Shown here in pieces: positions 63,205-64,000 of a stretch of 64,000 nt of DNA. A program made the translations under genes and the position numbers. Origin of the DNA: Tubulanus polymorphus (lineage: Eukaryota; Animalia; Nemertea); contig NC_134029.1 of NCBI RefSeq assembly GCF_964204645.1, forward strand, positions 1,240,001 to 1,304,000, given 5' to 3'. The first letter of the stretch is position 1; each line of letters starts with the position of its first letter. Under the pieces are notes generated by a model. That model did not search any database, was not told the origin of the DNA, and worked only from the letters and a program-made list of their open reading frames with translations.

Positions 63205-63425
63205 ATTTCTATAAAACATTTTATCAGGAGCAGCAGAGACAAAAGTGTATCTTATAAACATTGATTCGAGCAGCAAAACTAATGGATTATTTCATAAACA
63301 CTGGATTCAGGATAAACATTTTTCTAAAAGCAGCTAAGACAATAGTGTATCTTATCAGGAGCAGCATAAACAATTGTGCATCTTATAAACAGTGAGATCC
63401 AGGAGCAGCGAAGACGATAGTGGAC
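63205..63425. repeat. Degenerate ~45-bp tandem repeat
   Basis: Recurring CAGGAGCAGC..AGACAATAGTG..TCTTATAAACA blocks. Confidence 0.6.
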
Positions 63426-64000
63426 TTCTGAAGTAAAGACAGTATTGATTTTTTTTTACTTACCACCCTTTTTCGAACCAGTATGATGGATAATAAAGCG
63501 TATTTGAGGAAACTATTTTATGATGTGTTATGCAATGTGAGAGTCTAATAAAAGCTAAGCTCCATTAATTCACGATATTGGTATTCGATCCTTGGTTAAT
63601 AGACGAGTCAATTTAGGTTAGTGACTAGGGGTAAATGGTCGCGTCGAGCGCCTAGTTTGGACTCGTAGGTCTGTTGAGTTAACTCCTCAACTGAGATATA
63701 GTTTCAACATGATATTGTGAGTTTAATCTTCGTGCTTACCATAGTTAAACAAAGTTAACCTTACGCTTTCCAGAGTGAGTGAATTTGTAGCTTAATGTTT
63801 TTATTTTGAACTGTTTTTAAATAACTCATTTTAGCAGGGTATAATTGTGTAAGAATAAAACGACATACACGTTCGTAGGATCTTCCAGTTTGAATTTGTG
63901 GTTTTTATGTTGGAGACTTTTTTGAACTGAGGGACTTCCTCGAGTACATAAATACCTGTCATTTAGGTATAAATATTGTTGCGGGGATAAAACGACATGT

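Overview
AT-rich eukaryotic DNA with GT-AG introns, most consistent with an invertebrate (probably spiralian) genome; the taxon is an inference from gene content. I reconstructed exon structures by hand from splice sites and codon phase. Gene order: two tail-to-tail intronless rhodopsin-type GPCRs; a Mesh/SUSD2-like gene (NIDO-IPT-AMOP-vWD-Sushi-TM, 19 exons traced); a ~14 kb block of four paralogous intronless GPCRs interleaved with two GM2-activator-like ML-domain genes and an otopetrin; a GT92 glycosyltransferase; TAF7; AGA; a NIPA transporter; and SMIM20 (phoenixin precursor). MITEs, foldbacks and minisatellites are frequent. The most notable observations are: (1) a candidate chemosensory island in which one GPCR is nested on the same strand inside otopetrin intron 1; (2) near-identical intracellular-loop DNA but divergent ligand-facing regions among the GPCR paralogs; (3) an ML paralog missing exactly two disulfide pairs; (4) a LINE-derived long inverted repeat with strong G:U bias on the + strand, resembling a hairpin-RNA locus; (5) a 250-bp-arm palindrome filling SMIM20 intron 1; and (6) a structured 153-bp repeat bracketing the otopetrin cassette.
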